Shown piece after piece: positions 59,642-64,000 of a stretch of DNA of 64,000 nucleotides. Position numbers and translations under genes: made by a program. The stretch's first letter is position 1, and each line of letters starts with the position of its first letter. This DNA comes from Chlorokybus atmophyticus (lineage: Eukaryota; Plantae; Mesostigma and Chlorokybus algae). Under the pieces are notes generated by a model. That model ran no database searches, was not told the origin of the DNA, and was given only the letters and a program-made list of their open reading frames with translations. The DNA is taken from NCBI GenBank assembly GCA_009103225.1, contig RHPI01001132.1, positions 186,001 to 250,000 on the forward strand, given 5' to 3'.

Positions 59642-62600
59642 CTATAGCGTCCTATTGATGAGGCGTTTGCTCTTGTGCTTCATCCTTCGCCTGCCATAAG
59701 CCACCAACAAATAAGAACACGAAACTCATGCACCATGTACGTCTATGACAACCCCACTATACACCCACCCACCTGCGTCTCCTCATGGCAACAAACAGCA
59801 CCGCAGCGCTCAGTAGCGCGAGCGCACCCCACACGAGCACCAAATAGTGCTGGAACTGCTTCGCGGACGCCATCGCGATGTTGTTGTTGATGGTGTCGCG
59901 GACATCATTGCCACCTCCCGTCGCCGTGACCGCCTGCACGAGACACATATTGGCAACAACAGGACGTGGTAGAGGTGGTGTTGGATGATATGTACCGTAC
60001 CTCTTCCTTTTGCTGCTTCTTTTCTCTCTCATCCTCCTCCTTCTCTGCTGTTAGCACTGCGTTGACGGCCTCGTCTGTCACAGCAACCACTTGAGCCTTC
60101 TCCGCCACGCTGTGGTCCTTGACAACCTACACACCACAACCAATTGATGTCATGTCCTCGCACGCACACGCCCACACCCACATATCCACAATCAGCCACA
60201 CAAGCACGCACAGGCAACCGCATGGTGTGTGTGCAACGAGCCACACACATATGTACACACACACGCGCTCGCACGCACGCACGCTACCTTTGCGGGTGCG
60301 TGTTGCTTTGCCTGCTTGCTACTATCCACCACGGGCGCGCGAACTCGTCTCGCCTGCGCATCCCGCCCTTGCTGTTGTTGTTGTTGCTCCCCCACCTTCT
60401 TCACACCCACATCTCCCACACTCTGTTTACTTTTATCACTACCACCCTCCAGCAGCTTGGACACCTGCTCTGCCTTGGCCTTCTTTATCTCATCCAACAC
60501 AGCCTTGTCCACGTTGCCAACATTGAGAGGCTTCTTGTCCTCGCCATACACAGCCTTCGGGTCCGACGTTGGCTTGTTGGTCACATCCACACTATCACCG
60601 TCACTGTTACCACCATCATCATCATCAGGTGACTTCGCGCATGCTTTGCAGCTGAGTCGACACGTGGCCAGCATGTACGTTGGGTTGCTGTCGCACTCCC
60701 CGCGGGAGGCCCACCCGGGACACTGCTCGTGATCGTCCTTACATGGGAGTGCCATGTTGGACACCTCATCCTTCTTGTTGTTGTTGTTGTCGACCACGCC
60801 GCGTAGTTTGAGTGCGTCGGCCTGGTTGTCAGTGAGTCTGCCTCCGATGCGACGCATGTTGCGACCGCCCACAGCGCGAGAGTAGTCCAGACTCGCAAAC
60901 TGATTGTTGTTGCAAACCTGACCAGAGATGCAACAACAACACACAGGCATGTGAGTGATACCTTTTAGAAATATCAACAGTCCAGTGAAAAGACATGCAC
61001 ACACACGCTCGCGAACGCACTAAGTTCATCATACATATACATCACGTGTGTTATACTACTCTTGTTGTGTCTGCGCGCACATACCCACACGTACACCTTG
61101 TACAGAGTCGGACTACACGTCCACATGTTTGGGTACACATACACTCACCTTTTGATGGTGTTGTGAGAGGGCTGCGTTGATGGTTTCAATGCACTCCACC
61201 GACAGGTACTGTCCGCGCCGCAGGCCCTCGTCTTGCTCGGTGATCTCGTCGTCGCGCGGAGGCATTGGCAGGAAGATCTATGTTGAAACAACATTGTGAG
61301 TCTAAACGTGCACGTGAGTGTGCGCTCAAACACGCAGAGATGGGCCTGCAGTTGTAAGCGCGTGCGCGTGCGCGTGCTGATGTGTGCGTGTGCATGCGCT
61401 TGAGCTACGTCGCTTGATGTTCTCTTTTTGCCACACTAACACATCTTGCCTTTCCCGGGCAGGCCAGCATGTCCTCGTGCGTGTGATCGTGCTTGTCAAA
61501 CCGCCACTTGTTCACGATAAACTCCAGCCCGTAATGTACTATCGCCGGCTCCTGTCCAGGCCGCGGCGCATAACCTAAGCGAAATGTGGCACGAACATAA
61601 GCCTCTTAATCCCCAACCCACGTCATGATACAATAACCACCGTTACCTGGGTATATCATGAGCTCGTCGTTGGTGACGTGTTTGACGTGCGCCGTGGCCG
61701 TGCCAAACACGTAGCCGTACATCTCGCTGATCCACGGCTTCGGGTGCGCGGCAGACACGTACACATCGCCTGCGGACAAGCACATGTTGGCTTGATGTGG
61801 CTTAGGCTTAGGCCTCGAGCAATGCATAACCTGAAGAATGCGCCATGAACAATCATGCACGTGCTTTTGTACACGTAAGGCCGTACACCTATACCACACA
61901 CATACACACTATCACCACAGTAACAGCCAGTCACTATACACGCTCAGCCGCATCTAGACACGCATATGCACACATGCACGCGCACGCACGCAAGCGCACA
62001 CGTGCGCGCACGCGTGAACACACACGCACGCACATACCCACCTATACATTTCTACACCCACCCGCACGCTCCCCCTCTCTCACCCGTCATGTTCCAGTAG
62101 GGCGCGCTCTCCGGCGCCCTCACTTTCTCCGTGAACTCAAGCCACAGCGGCGCCGCCTTCCTTATATCTTCTATGTGGAAGATCATGAAGCCGCCCACCT
62201 GGGCCGTGATGGGGATGAGGTCTTCCGGCAAGAAGTGCTTGATCATGTCGTTCTTCACGCCGTCGAGGTAGCCGTAGCGGGCGGAGACGGCAGTACCACG
62301 CTTGGCACCCAAGTCCTGGAGAGTGAGAGTGTGTGTGTGCGTGTGCGTGCGCGTGCGTGCGTGCGTGCGTGCGTGCATGGGTGTGCGTGCGTGCGTGCAT
62401 GGATGTATTTGTGCGCTTGCCTACTTGTTGCTACCTTCCAAGTGCATCCTCTTTCGTATACAAGAGACCCAATTGCATAGAGTGTACTTTAGCATAATGC
62501 ATAGTACGTAGTTATCTGCACACGCACGCACGCACGCACGCATGTACCATCACACTCACACTCACACTCACAGTCTCACTCACGCTCTCACCTCCGGTAT

Positions 62601-63338
62601 TATCGGCGCCCTTATCAGCATATCCGCGTCCAATATGATGACGTACTCCGTGTCGGGGTGTATATCTTCTCCACCATGTTCGAGCCAGTGCGTGACGGAC
62701 CACGGCTTGTTGTAGGGCGGGTACCAGTCGCCCGTCACGGGGTGGAGGGTGTACGACGGGTGCACGTGGGTACGCATCACGGAAGCGTACTTGTAGGAGG
62801 AGAGGGAGGAGGAGGAGCAAGCCAGGAGACGGGTCATCGGACCGTACTTGGACATACCGCTCTGGGGGGAGAAGTGTGTGTGTGGGGGGGTGGGTGGGTG
62901 GGTGAGTGTCAGCATGTGGGTATGTATGTGCGTGCGTGCGTGCGTGCGTGCGTGTGCCTGTGTGTGCGCACATGCGTGAGCACGTATGTCTGTGCCTGTG
63001 TCGAATGCATGCGTGTGTGCGCATGCCTGTAACAATCCCATCGTGTTGAAGAACAAGAGCAGGTAATGTTGCAATCAATACAAAAAGTTACAATGAGCAT
63101 GTCAATGTCAACAAACGCATGTCTTGAATGAGATGTCCTTCGCCTTTCTCACCTTTTCGAAGCTGTGCACGAGGCCGATGGATTGCCAATCAAAGTAGGT
63201 GTTGCATTCGGCGGAGAAGACCGTGTGCACGCGGGCGTGGGCGGCAGCTGCACGGGACGGCTTCACCTCCATCACCAACCATACACACAACCACAACCAT
63301 ACCCACACCAACCATGTTGTCGATGACACTCGCGCCAT
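59642..63338 (-). CDS. Peptidyl-serine alpha-galactosyltransferase / HPAT-family glycosyltransferase with C-terminal ShK domain and TM anchor
   Basis: Signal peptide; HTVFSAECNTYFDWQSIGLVHSF; TRLLAC; DWYPPYNKP; ILDADM; PLWLEFTEKVR; WISEMYGY. ShK-like CKDDHEQCPGWASRGECDSNPTYMLATCRLSCKAC; TM YLVLVWGALALLSAAVLFV; basic tail. Introns rich in (GTGC)n/(CA)n. Confidence 0.88.
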
Positions 63339-64000
63339 GGTGCTGGTATAATCTCAGCTCAGGTCATGTCGTTCCGCACAACACATTGCTTTGTACTCCA
63401 ATCAATTTCACCTGCAATGATGGTGTGTGAGCAATGCAAGAGTGAGTGGTATGTAACGCTAAGTAGCTGTACAGCGCACAGTAACACATAGTCTCGCATC
63501 AACGCATGATTCCATAACAGCTTGAGCACGGTGAAGAATGCAGCTGATCCTTGCGTACAACAACAACAGTAAGACATAACGTATAGTCTATTCAACCTGG
63601 TTTTCACAGCCCTGATTGTAGTTAACTTGATGATCATATTGGCTCAACAAAGCAACCGCCCAAGGCTGGGAGCAATGGCTGCCATCAACACCATGTACAT
63701 GCAGCTGAACATGACAACATCTGAAAGCAGCACTCCGGTAAAACAATATTCCTGTTGTGGCACTGTCGCAGCGGCGCCAACACAAGAACGCGTGTACATA
63801 TATCAAGACGCACAACGCACACCAACGACCACACACATGGTGTTGACTAGGCGATATAGGTGTACTGTTTCTGTCAGCCACACAATGTCCCACCTCCATA
63901 CTCTCACAGCCATGTCATGTCCACATCCCGACACTGACGCCACACAAAAAAGGGCAAGCCCTCCTACTCAAACGTATATAGTAGCAACAAAACAACTCTT

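Noticed and set aside
61850-63030. His/Thr/Ala-rich ORFs on both strands
   Set aside because: Translations of intronic (GTGC)n and (CA)n microsatellites within the glycosyltransferase gene.

Overview
Eukaryotic, intron-rich DNA with short GT-AG introns. The gene set (plant-type COX7a, serine O-galactosyltransferase-like gene, transit-peptide-bearing PrxQ, telo-boxes) points to a green alga, probably a streptophyte; this is inference. Both ends hold ordinary host genes. Left (0.9-16 kb): SAM methyltransferase, nucleoporin NUP42/CG1, peroxiredoxin Q and a clade-3-like catalase with an N-terminal transit-like peptide. Right (48-63 kb): RapZ-C/zinc-finger gene, COX7a, PIG-S, a GT32 glycosyltransferase and an SGT1/HPAT-family glycosyltransferase with a ShK domain. 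The middle (about 17-47 kb) is a decayed transposon nest, and there is a hAT relic at 8.7-10.6 kb. The best candidate for an undescribed system is a large, intron-containing, pseudogenised DNA element at about 25-44.6 kb. It has a Plavaka-type transposase facing three cargo genes: (i) a Zn-finger/Tudor domain fused to a bacteriophage/actinobacterial-type C5 DNA-cytosine methyltransferase, (ii) a Zn-finger/OTU-protease gene and (iii) an uncharacterised gene. Each gene start is preceded by a cluster of the same 7-mer, GTACCAT. The element was later hit by a full-length chromovirus (TSD CCTAC) and a small TRIM-like LTR element (TSD GCAGC). All family calls come from motif recognition by eye, with no database search. 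The element's termini were not found. Homopolymer and N runs are assembly artefacts.
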